A DNA stretch of 64,000 nucleotides from Octopus sinensis (taxonomy: Eukaryota), in the NCBI RefSeq assembly GCF_006345805.1, contig NC_043006.1, positions 2,728,001 to 2,792,000 on the forward strand. Reading direction: 5' to 3'. The notes below the pieces were generated by a model. It searched no databases and was not told the DNA's origin. It saw nothing but the letters and a program-made list of their open reading frames with translations. The translations under genes were made by a program, and so were the position numbers. Below, in pieces: positions 1 to 10,935 of the stretch (position 1 is the first letter of the stretch; the number at the start of each line of letters is the position of its first letter).

Positions 1-565
1 ACAATGCCCCATGTCACAAAGCTAAAGTGGTCATGAACTTCCTCAAGGCTGAAAAGGTTATTGTTATGGATTGGCCTGCTCAAAGCCCAGATCTCAATCC
101 TATTGAAAATGTGTGGAATATTCTAGGAGAACGTTCGAAAGCCAGAAATCCTAAAACAACTGAGCAATTATGGAATGCCCTCTAGGAAGAATGGAATAAG
201 ATCACCCAGCAAGAAATTGAAAATTTAATTTCCTCATGCAGTCGAAGATGTCAAAGTGTGATTGAAGCTAAAGGGCTTCACACTAAATATTAAATAATTC
301 CAGTATTCTCTGTCATTTTTGATTATTTTGTTATCTTTTCAACCATTCTGATAATTTTGGCTGCCATGGGTTTTGCAGTAAATCACTAAATCATCCATAA
401 TTTTTGTATTATCCTCTCAAATTACACTAAAATCTCAGACAATAACAATTAATATTGTATTTATTATCTGTGAAATTTATAGAATATAATACAACATTGA
501 TAAAAACTTATACCTACTTTTCTGACGAAAACAATGCCGTTCTGAACATTTTGGCCGCAACTGTA
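1..565 (+). mobile_element. Tc1-family DNA transposon, right-hand part (dead transposase C-terminus plus right TIR)
   Basis: The frame from position 3 reads NAPCHKAKVVMNFLKAEKVIVMDWPAQSPDLNPIENVWN...EAKGLHTKY*(291-293), with an in-frame TAG at 183-185. DNAPCH and WPAQSPDLNPIE are Tc1 DD34E catalytic motifs. The end ...CATTTTGGCCGCAACTG|TA (563|564-565) reads CAGTTGCGGCCAAAATG on the other strand, a Tc1-like terminus with a TA target. Confidence 0.9.
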
Positions 566-1048
566 TATAAAATGGAATAAGCAGGACAGGAGGAGACATG
601 GGACAGAGAGTTACTTACGAGGTCACAAAATGTGTGACAAACCAACTTTGAGAGACAAACTAAAAATAATACAAATAAAAGCTAACAGGAAGATCAATTA
701 GTGTGGGTTTAATTGACAAAAGACCCCCCCACCCCCCAAAAAACAACCATTCCAGGTATTATAATATGTACTCACACACACACACACACATCAATTAGGG
801 TAATTAGCTTTGTATTATTTATTTATTCTACATCAATGAGATTCCCAATTAAGTTTGGAATATACCTATTTCTTTCTAAATATCCATATTCCACACAGTA
901 GATTTTTATCCTTTTTCACTTTTCCTTAACCGTTTGCTTACATGTAAGATATACATTAAATGCCAAACTTTCATAGCTTCCATGATAGGAAGCTATGAAA
1001 CCACGGCACAAGGAAACCAATCTGCATCATAATAATTCCTGCTGCATC

Positions 1049-2270
1049 TATACTGGGTCATCCCATAAATAATATGGGTTTTTTTCAGTTGCATGAACTA
1101 AAAGTCGGAGGGGGATGTGATAAACTGCCTGCATCAACTATAAAAGCAGGTAGTAATTTTACCTTGCCCTTATTCTTAGTGCAAGTTTTGAAGAGTTCAG
1201 TTTTATCAGTTATTTTCTCAAAGCTGTAATGGAAGTGACAAAGGAGCCTATACAGCATGTTTTGCTTTATGAGTTCAATAAAAGCAACAATGCAACGGAA
1301 AGTGCGAGGAATATGAATGCAGTATGTGGGGATTGGACAATAAGCGTATAAGGTGGTCCCAGAAATTCTGAGCCGGAAACAACAGCCTAGAAGACAAACC
1401 TTGTCCTGGAAGATCTGTAAAGCTCGACAAGGACATCCTACAAACTCTGGTGGAACAAAACCTATTGTAATTGTTGAGGAACTAGCAGAGAAGCTTGGAT
1501 TTGGTCATTCAACCATTCATCGACATCTGCATGCCATCAGGAGAGTCGGCAAATTGGGTCAATGGGTTCCTCACAACATTCTGAATCTAATCGCATGCAG
1601 AGAGTGAATGTGTGCTCTTCTTTGCTGTCATGTCTCATGAATGAACTGTTTTTCGACCGAATAGTGACTGGTGATGAGAAAATGGGACTTCTATAAAAAT
1701 GTCAAGCGCCAAAGACAGCGGGGTAGGGAAAGGAGAAACACAGGCACCCCAGGCGAAAGAAGGTTTTCACTCAGATAAGGTGTTGTTATCTATTTGTTGG
1801 GATATGAAAGGTTTAATCAACTTTGAACTTTTCAACCCAAACCAAACAATAACAAAGGAGATCTATTGCGAGCAGCTTGAGTGGTTGAAGTCAGCTCTAG
1901 AAGAAAAATGACCATCTTTGGTTTTAGGATGAAAGCTGTTCTTCCATCAAGATAATGCTCGACCACATAAAGTGAGGATGTCATTCGAAAGGCTGGAACA
2001 GTTTGAATGGCAAACGATGCCCCACCCATCATATTCGCTGGACATTGCCCCAGCTGATTATCATTATTCCACAGTCTTCAAAATCATAAGGATGGAAAAA
2101 ATATGAATTCTGTAGTCGAGGTCAGAACAGTATTGGAGGAGTAATTTTTCGTCACAGACAAGTGAATTTTGGAAGAGGGGCCTTGCAAGTCTACCAGAGA
2201 GATGGAAGAACATTGGAGAAAATGAAGAAAAGTATATTTTAGATTAAAAAAGAACTTTGTTTATCTTAAT
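1049..2270 (+). mobile_element. Mariner (D,D34D) transposon relic, disrupted transposase at about 1229-2247; right TIR not found
   Basis: ATG at 1229 gives MEVTKEPIQHVLLYEFNK. WVPH at about 1564, IVTGDE at about 1661, FHQDNARPH at about 1941 and HPSYSLDIAPADY at about 2025 are mariner motifs. There are multiple stops and frameshifts. A TA plus a TIR-like TACTGGGTCATCCCATAAAT lies at 1049. Confidence 0.9.
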
Positions 2271-3466
2271 GCTAGACTGGATAATTTCTGGTCTACAATG
2301 GAAATTATAACTGCCAAAACTGCATCCCTAAGAATAACTCTTTCTCTCTAGACCAAGTCAGTGACCCTCTACAAAGCTCAAGTGTTATTCTCCTCTCATA
2401 TATGAGATGGCACTGTTCCTGTGCACACACACACACAAGAATTACATAGCAACCTGTAATTACTAGCTGACAGGTGTGTTGTTTCTTCTTTCTACCATTA
2501 TTGCAATGGCTTCAGTTCCTTTGAACTAGCAAGCTCTATGCCACTTCTATTCATGTCTATCTGATGCACATGTCACTACTAGAGACTACTATATTTCACT
2601 TCCAAATCTTGCACTAATCACTTTTCCCCACCCAAAATTGCAGGTATTTCTTTTCTTCCTGATAGATTGAAAAGGTTCGCAGTAAGCAGTATATTGCTTA
2701 GGAACCTTATTCTCGGTTTAGTTTTCCCTGTGGAAATCTTTTAAAACCGATTCTGTTTCTTTCTTTTATAAAATAGATACCTTATAATAATTTGTTTGTT
2801 CCTTCATTATTTAACCTGTCTGTAATGCTTCCACATGATTAGTTGAAGGAGCAGGGAGTAGGAGGGATGGGGTCAGGGAATAGGGGAGGAGAGAGATGGG
2901 GAGCGGTTAAGGGATAGGGGAGAGAAATGTGTAATTTTTTTTAACTAAGTTTTTTTCCTCTGTTACTTAGCCCGTTGGTAATGCTTTCATGTGATAAGTT
3001 GAAGGGAAAGGTGAAGAGCGAAAGGAAAAGGAGAGTAAGGTGAAGAGGGAGAGTGCTGTGTATTAAGTCTATAAAACAGTGCATAAAGTATGTAATGATC
3101 ATACTCCAATTACCTTCACTTTTCAATGATTAGCAGTTGAGCAATTATCTTTTGATACAGACACAACACAAGCTAAGCTTTCAGGTTTTTTGGGATAAAG
3201 TTTCAGAAATGACCCTATAAGTTTACCCTTAATTCTGTGAAATATTCATGGGCCCCACTAGTTTTGAAATGTGGTTCAAAGTGAAGCTGCTATGGAGAAG
3301 ATTTAAAATTTAGGCTGGATTAAAGGCAGTTGGTGAAATAAAATATCTATTAATACCTGCATCCAACCATTAAGAAGAATCGAAAATTAATTAGGTTTTA
3401 CAACTTTTGTACAATTATAAAAGCAGTTGTGTGAAAATGTTGCCCTTAATACTTGCTGGTTGGAAA

Positions 3467-3636
3467 GGCAGCAAGCTGGCAGAATCGTTAGCACACCAGG
3501 CAAAATACTTAGCAGCATTTGGTTCGTCTTTATGTTCTGAGTTCAAATTCCACTGAGGTCAACTTTGCCTTTCATCCTTTCAGGATCAATAAAATAATTA
3601 CCAGTTGAGTGCTGGAGTTGCTGTAATCAACTTAAC
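3467..3636 (+). mobile_element. tRNA-derived SINE family A, 3'-truncated, fused to an RTE LINE
   Basis: A-box-like TGGCAGAATCG, B-box-like GAGTTCAAATTCC and central GCCTTTCATCCTTTCAGGATCAATAAAATAA. Homologous copies lie at 16885-17108, 31174-31364 and 50316-50525. Confidence 0.8.
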
Positions 3637-6307
3637 AGACCGGAGGAGAAGGGTCTGGAAACTTAAGGGTCCTGCAAATGGACGGAGATTTAGAGACGTC
3701 GTACTCGAAGCTTTCGACGAAATAGAAGGGGATATAGCTTCACATAATGTGGAAGACAACTGGAGGTTTCTACAGGACAATCTGCTGAGAGACACTGACC
3801 AGATCTGTGGATGGAGCAAAGTCCCATCTTGTCCCAGGGTAACGTGGTGGTGGAACAATGTTGCAGACAGGGCTATTAGAAACAAGAGACAGGCTTGGAA
3901 GGACTGGAAGAATGGTGGTAGCAGGGTTTTGTATCAGACTGTGAAAAGAGAAGCTAGGAGACAGGTATATTTAGCCAGAGGGGAAGCAGATAAGAAAAAA
4001 TTTGCCAATGTTCTGTGCCGTGAGGACCAAAGACTTGAAGTATTTCGTGCTGCAAGACAGTGTGTGAGAGAGAATCGTGATGTGGTAGGAGAGAAATGTG
4101 TTCGCATGGATGATGGTTCACTTGCGCTTAATGAGGATGCAAAGAGAGAGGTTTGGAGATGCCACTATGAAAGGTTGCTCAACAAAGAAAATGAATGGGA
4201 TAAAGAGAGTCTGCCGAATGTCGACCCAACAGAGGGACCAGCTATCTGAGTTGACAGTTCCTTGGTAGTTAAGGCAATTTTTAAGCATGAAGACAGGAAA
4301 AGCCCCAGGCCCATCAGGAATTACTGCAGAGATGCTCAAAATATCTGGCAGTGTCGGCTATAGCCTAGTCACCCGTATAGTTAACCAGGTGATACACGAA
4401 GGAGTCATACCCAATGACTGGTGTAGTAGCATAATAGTCAACTGCTACAAAGGTAAAGGTGACGCCCTAGATACAAGTAATTACAGAGGTATCAAGCTGT
4501 TAGATCAGGTAATGAAGGTTACGGAAAGGGACATAGCCCAACTGATTAGGGAGAGAGTCAACCTGGATGAGATGCAGTTCGGTTTCGGGCCAGGGAAAAG
4601 CACCACCGATGCCATATTTCTGGTGAGACAGCTGCAGGAGAAATACCTAGCCAAAGATAAACCTCTGTACCTGGCTTTCGTTGACTTGGAGAAAGCCTTT
4701 GACAGGGTCGCCCAATCCCTTATCTGGTTGTCAATGAGGAAACTAGGGATAGATGAATGGTTAGTGAGAGCTGTGCGAGCCATGTACAGGGACGCTGTTT
4801 GTAAGGTGAGGGTTGGCAACGAGTACAGTGAAGAATTCCAAGTAGAGGTTGGGGTCCACCAAGTCTCAGTCCTCAGCCCCCTCCTATTTATCATAGTCCT
4901 CCAAGCAATAATGGAGGAATTCAAGACAGGATGCCCCTGGGAGCTCCTCTATGTTGATGACCTTGCTCTAATTGCTGAGTCACTATCAGAACTGGAGGAG
5001 AAGTTTCAGATGTGGAAGCAAGGATTAGAATCGAAGGGCCTTAGAGTCAACCTAGCTAAAACCAAAGTCCTAATAAGTAGGAAGGTAGACAAATCACAAA
5101 GGCGTAGGTAGGAACTCTATAAGATGCACCAAGTGTAAGCTATGGACACATAAGAGGTGCAGCAATGTCAAAGGAAGGCTAACTAGGAAGATAGTTTTTG
5201 TATGTGGCAGATGCTCTGGTGCAATAAACACTGAAAATGCACAGAGACCATCTTCCGCCACATTCCAGGGAGAAAAACTAGAAATAGTTGATAGATTCCG
5301 TTACCTAGTGATCAAGTCAGTAGCGGGGGCGGGTGTGCTGAAAGTGTAGCTGCTAGAGTAAGAATAGCCTGGACACAAAAGGCCTCTCGCTCAGAGTAAA
5401 AGGCAGACTGTATGACGCATGTGTACGAACAGCCATGCTACATGGCAGTGAAACATGGACCGTGACTGCTGAGGATAAGCATAAGCTCACGAGAAATTAA
5501 GCAAGTATGCTCCACTGGATGTGTAATGTCAGTGCGCATACACGACAGAGTGTAAGTACCTTGAGAGAAACGTTGTACCTAAGAAACATCAGATGTGGTG
5601 TGCAAGAGAGACGTCTATGCTGGTATGGACATGTGGTAAGAATGGATGAAGATAGTTGTGTGAAAAAGTCCCACACCCTAGCGGTTGAGGGAACCTTTGG
5701 AAGAGGTAGACCCAGGAAAACCTGGGACGAGGTGGTGAAGCACGACCTTCGTTCTATAGGTCTCACCGAGGAAATGACCAGAGACCCGTGACCTTTGGAA
5801 ATATGCTGTGCGTGAGAAGACCCGGCAGGACAAGTGAAGCCATAACCTGTGGCCTCTACCTGGGACGTAGTCAGTTCACCTGTGCATACCTTCCTTCTTG
5901 GGACACATAACTCTACTTGTGAAGACCTGTTGAGGCAAGTGAAAATCAAAATCAAAATCAAAATCGATCAACATCACTGGAATTTGTAGCTGTGATACCA
6001 GTGCCAGTCGCACGTAAGAGAACCATCCAAACGTGGCCGTAGCCAGCGCTGCATCGACTGGGCACGTAAAAAGCACCATCCGAGCATGGCCGTTCGCCAG
6101 CCTCGTCTGGCACCTGTGTCGGTGGCACGTAAAAAGCACCCACTACACTCACGGAGTGGTTGGCATTAGGAAGGGCATCCAGCTGTAGAAACACTGCCAG
6201 ACCTGACTGACCTGATGCAGCCTTCGTTTTCCCAGACCCCAGTTGAACCGTCCAACCCATGCTAGCATGGAAAGCAGACGTTAAACGATGATGATGATGA
6301 TGATGAT
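3637..6307 (+). mobile_element. RTE-clade non-LTR retrotransposon, 5'-truncated, decayed, with about 470-nt 3' UTR and (GAT)n tail
   Basis: ORFs 3605-4249 and 4287-5111 carry RT motifs (KAPGPSGI, NYRGIKLL, LAFVDLEKAFD, QxSVLSPLLF, LYVDD). ORF 5507-5791 carries the RTE C-terminal WYGHVxRM...GRGRPRKTW motif. The tail ...AAACGATGATGAT ends at 6307. It is closely similar to the copies at 18.3-19.8 kb and 48.6-50.3 kb. Confidence 0.93.
4287..5111 (+). pseudogene. Reverse transcriptase fragment of the RTE element
   Basis: 274-aa ORF with RT motifs. It is cut off upstream by TGA at 4247-4249 plus a frameshift. Downstream it ends in a stop caused by a deletion near 5100 relative to the 18-19 kb copy. 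Confidence 0.9.
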
Positions 6308-7294
6308 TGTATTAAGTTCAATCCCACTGCATGGCACCTTGGGCAAACCATTTGTGTTCTTGGGCAGTAGACTTAAATCCTTTAGTTTAACATAAAGACT
6401 TGGTCCTTAGGTGTCTTTAGCTGAGTTCACACCGTTGCAAACATTTGGGCTAGATCTTCGATCAGAGGATAAGCGTTTCTTTTATTCCTCCAGTCATGGA
6501 AGTCCCAGAAAGGGTCACGAGTGCTGTTGTTCTTTTTCTAAGTCATAAAAAAAGTATAGAAAACGACAAAAATGTTGTCTTGTAAACCAAGGAATATATA
6601 CTTAATCTACCACCCACACACGCACACACATATATTCTGGGGAATTAATCAATTTATATAATCCCCGGCCTTTGACATACTTTTTCTTGAATGTTTATTT
6701 TCAAATCTCTGCCACCAGATAATTCATTCCAAACTAGCAGCTGTACTTGACCTTGTCCTGGTTTATTAATAGCTAAAATAAATGTAGTTACAAGAATTAA
6801 TTATATTTTGGATTAACTGACAGTCTTCAGTTGGGAATGTTGCTTGCTGCACCACTCAGAATGGTTACATCTCAGTCATTCAGGAGGATGTTGAAATTAA
6901 GCTTCATGAAAATGGGCAGGAAAAAAAAAAGACACAAATTTTGAACTTTAACTAAAATTTTATTCCCTTGGATAATCTTTCTTTTTTTCTTTTTATCTAG
7001 GGGAAAACATGTTTTTTAAAAAAATACGGATAATTACTCTGAAAGATTATATTTCTAATCCAACTTTTCCCTATATCTGTTGCAGTACTTGAGAATATAC
7101 AATATCCTTTGGTGTTCCGTTTGTAGCTAAAAAGATGAATTCAGAAGTCCCATAGCCTGACCTTCTCCTTGAAACAATTCTGCCCCTGTACAACATTTCA
7201 GCTTGAGGGAAAACTTTGACCTATAGCTTGGAATATACATACCAACATGACATGCATGAGTTCACCTGTTATTTATTAAGGCAGCAATTGACAG

Positions 7295-7514
7295 ATGAGG
7301 GTGTGCTGTAAAGTTTCTGGCCTCGGGTAAAAGAAAATACAGGTAGATCAGTTAATTATGATCTTATTCAACATATTCCCCTCTCACATTCACACACTTA
7401 CTGCAGCAGTCCTTCAGTTTTTCTAAGCCCTGTAAAAGAACTCGGAAGCTTGGACCTCCAACCTGGCCTTTCATGATACCCTTAAAGTCAGGAAGTTTTC
7501 AGCATCCCTTTGTA
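7295..7514. mobile_element. Mariner-type MITE (about 220 bp)
   Basis: The left end ATGAGGGTGTGCTGTAAAGTTTCTGGCCT and the reverse complement of the right end TACAAAGGGATGCTGAAAACTTCCTGACTT are imperfect inverted repeats resembling mariner TACGAGGG... termini. No coding capacity. Confidence 0.65.
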
Positions 7515-10479
7515 TAATCAGTCTGATACACAAAACAAGTATTCTTGCAAATTTTCTAGAACTGAATGAGATCCATGTAGATTGAAATTATAACCTTTTG
7601 AATATCAGATTCTTCTAATTAAGAATTCAGAATTTATTTTAAACCAGATATATATATATATGTGTGTGTGTTCTTGTATAGAATTAGCGAAGTCATATGT
7701 TGTGTTATACAATTATCCTTTTTGTTTTTCTGCTATTGGACATCTGCTTGTCTGTGCACATGCCAACAAACATTTCCAAATTGTATACAGCCAGCTATCT
7801 AGAAAATGTTTCATTTTAACTTACTTCCTTCTTTCAACTTTTAAGAGCTCTCTTCTGATTCAATGGACGTGGACATACAATACTGTCTCTCTGTTCATCT
7901 GTTTATCTGCCACTATAGTAAATTTTTACTGAAATCAAACTTTTCATTCATGCTGTTGGTGTTTTATTTTGCAGTTTTTTTCTTTTTTAATTGTAAAATA
8001 AATTCTGACATGACTTAGCCGAAAGAATTGGTCTGATTCTTTTAGAACTTCTTCTTGAATTGTAGCCAACACAAAAATTGGGAGACAATAAAAAATTCAG
8101 TAAGTTAGATTTTGGTGATTTGATAAGGAAAAATTGTAAAGACTTGTTGTTTGATATTGTGCTTGAATAATTCCTTTGTTTGATTCTCTCTTGCAGTCTC
8201 CATAATGTTCGTAAAACACTTCACTAGATTTTCATTATGCTATTTCGTTCAGAATGGTTTATTTCATTTTTTAATCTTTACTGCTGTTAGTATTTATTCT
8301 GGCTGTTAGAATACCTATGCCCATGAAAGTAGTGCAATTCTCTAACATAATAATGATTATATCATAAAAATAGGGAGAATAGCTGCTATTTTTAGTCTTT
8401 TACACATCTATAGATTGAATTTTTTATAAATTAAATTCTCTTGAAATGTTGGGAAACTTTTAGTTGGTTCACTTTGCTGTTGACTTTTCAAAATGTTTTT
8501 ATACTTTTCATTTCGTGTGTAAATTTTATTTTTGACAATGTTATTATTTAGGATGTGGAATTGGTACAGACAGTAAATAGTCAGGCTAAGCAGTTTATGA
8601 TATTATTGTATTTCTTCCTGATTTGGAGTTGATATTCTGTTTTATCTAAAATTTCAGTAATGAAATGGAGTCAAACTCTCCTTATTCCGAGAAAACAAAA
8701 TTATCATTATTATATTATTGCCATCATTGCTGTCATGGTTATTATCCTTATAAAACTTCCTCTCATGCATTTATCATCTTATAAACAAGTACGTATGTTG
8801 GATATTTACAATGTCTGTGTCTACCTGAAATTATCATATTTGTATGATGGTAACGACTAGCTTCTCCTTGGCACCATTTCACAACTGCTGCTCAGTTTGA
8901 GAAGAATATCCTTTGTGTCCATTTCTGGGCATTTTGACTCTGAAAGCTGAAGTGTAGCGAAAAACAATATCACAAAACTGCCTGCTTTGAAAATAAAGTT
9001 ATTTGCAGGTCAAACTATGAAAGCATGAAAAGAATGGAGGAAAACATGAAACAGGATAAGATATTTTTTTTGTTATTTCGTATTTGTGGGGATGACTTTG
9101 TCATATTTGATATTTGTCATTGAGCTGTGACTGAAGCAAATGCTGATGCTATTTCCTAATATTTCATTATGCTATAGACATTAGCTATGTGTGTGTGTGG
9201 AACAGAAACTGATCCCCACACCCTTATTTCTGTCTGTGGAAATATATTGTAGAACTATTTATGGAACCAGTGAGAAGTGTGATTGTGTTAATTGTCGGCA
9301 TCACTTACTTCCTCACTCTGCTTCTTTCAAGTGAGCTGGGAGCTGTTTCTGCTCTTGTTTACAATTGTAAAGGAAATGATTTGGTGGATAAGAATGGAAG
9401 TTATGTTCTGCTTGAAGATGTTGCATAGCTCTGTTGTTTTGTTTTTTGTTTTTTGTTTTTGTTCTCTTCTTCAAACATGGTGGTTGTGGTGATGGGGTGT
9501 TATGTTTGTTTTGCCTCGTTACTAAGTGATCAGCTGACTTGATTATTTTAGGTTTAGTTGGTTTGTAGGCTCTGTTTTAATTGTTTATGATTATCAATAT
9601 TTCCTTTTTTTTCTTCTATTTGGTCAGTTTTCAGTGGGATGGGGTGGGGGGAGTAATGTTTTGTTTTTCCTTCTGCTCTGTAACAAACTGACAACTTAGT
9701 CCTCTTTTCCCAGTAATTCACTGCTCCTTGATAAGACCCCAAAGAGATGCTCTCGAGGTTCCATTTGGTATTTGTGATTTGGAAACATTATCTCCTGTAT
9801 TGTGTTATTGATTAGTCTAGGCTTCTACATTATATTGTATGTATATATATATATAAGGGGTCATTACTGTTGAAAGCTGGAAGAACCTATCGCTGCTGTT
9901 GTGTTGGAAACCTCTCATAACCTAACACTTGGCATGATGTCTGTAGTGGTTGTTGTTAATCAAGCTGATGGTAGTAGGAGCAGCAGAGTGGATTCACAGT
10001 GGCTGGGCCACCATGTTGGCCCACTCGTCCTGTTAGACAAAGCAACTCATGCTAATGAATACATGCACTAAACGCATTATGGACTAAAGGAAGTTAATCT
10101 CAGATAGTAGCCTGTTCAGGTTTAATTTTGGCTTCGATAATGCTGCAACCATTATTCTTGTCATCAATTATCATTCAGTTGATTTAATATCTGCTCTTCC
10201 ATGTTTCCCTCCTCTCAGACTAATTTGTGTGTGTGAGTGTGTGTATGTGTTTTTGTGAGTGTGTCTGTTTGTGCATGCATTTTTGCGAATACATTACGTC
10301 TTTGCTTAGGGAACCATTGAACAAATAAATAAATAAATGAATAAATGAATAAATAAATAGATGATAATAAAAGTGGTAAAAAATAAAGACATTGCCATTC
10401 TTTGTGATCCAAACTAGTTGAGCTATTCAGGCCAATAGATGAGATTTTGTGGTGAAAAATCAATGTGACAAAACATGTT

Positions 10480-10935
10480 AGTTCATAGATATGTCAACCC
10501 CGGCAGATTGCTACACTTCTGTGAAGACATTTGAAAAGTTAAGTGAATACAGGGACCTTGAATTAGAGGTCTCAGAAGTGTGGCATCTAAGAACAGAGAA
10601 CTGTATATGTCATCATTGGAGCTTTGGGGATAATATCAAATAGTTCTCTTAATTACTACGACCAAATATCAGGAAACCCCAAAAATACCAAAATCAAAAA
10701 TACTGTCAACTCATAAATGTTTTAAAATCTTTTAAAATTCTAAATATTGCAACAAAATTTTAATGAAATCTTAATTCTCAATATCTGGTCTTCTTTCCCT
10801 GAAATATTCATTACTACTCATAAATAATTCCCACAGTAAAATGTCTATCTTTGCTGTTTCTTAGGACTCTTGAGTGAGACCTGAAATAGCTCTTAAAAAG
10901 CAAAGTAACAACACCAAAAAGGCAATAATGATAAT
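10480..10935 (+). mobile_element. Old R4/Dong-type non-LTR relic (restriction-like endonuclease C-terminus plus 3' UTR)
   Basis: Translates FIDMSTPADCYTSVKTFEKLSEYRDLELEVSEVWHLRT, which aligns to LIDMTVPIDINVSVRTYQKLSKYKDLEIEISKMWKLKT of ORF 27018-27545. The 3' UTR motif TTAGGACTCTTGAGTGAGACCTG parallels TTGAGGTCTCTGGGTGAGACTTG in that element. Confidence 0.7.

Noticed and set aside
3467-3560. tRNA gene calls at SINE heads
   Set aside because: A/B boxes are present but there is no cloverleaf. The sequences are multi-copy and continue into SINE bodies.
5990-6140. CRISPR-like repeat-spacer pattern in the RTE 3' UTR
   Set aside because: The context is eukaryotic, the repeats are degenerate, the spacers are related to each other, and there are no cas genes.
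3598-6260. Minus-strand ORFs overlapping the RTE element (also the plus-strand ORFs over the 18-19 kb and 49 kb copies)
   Set aside because: Antisense shadows of LINE coding and UTR sequence.
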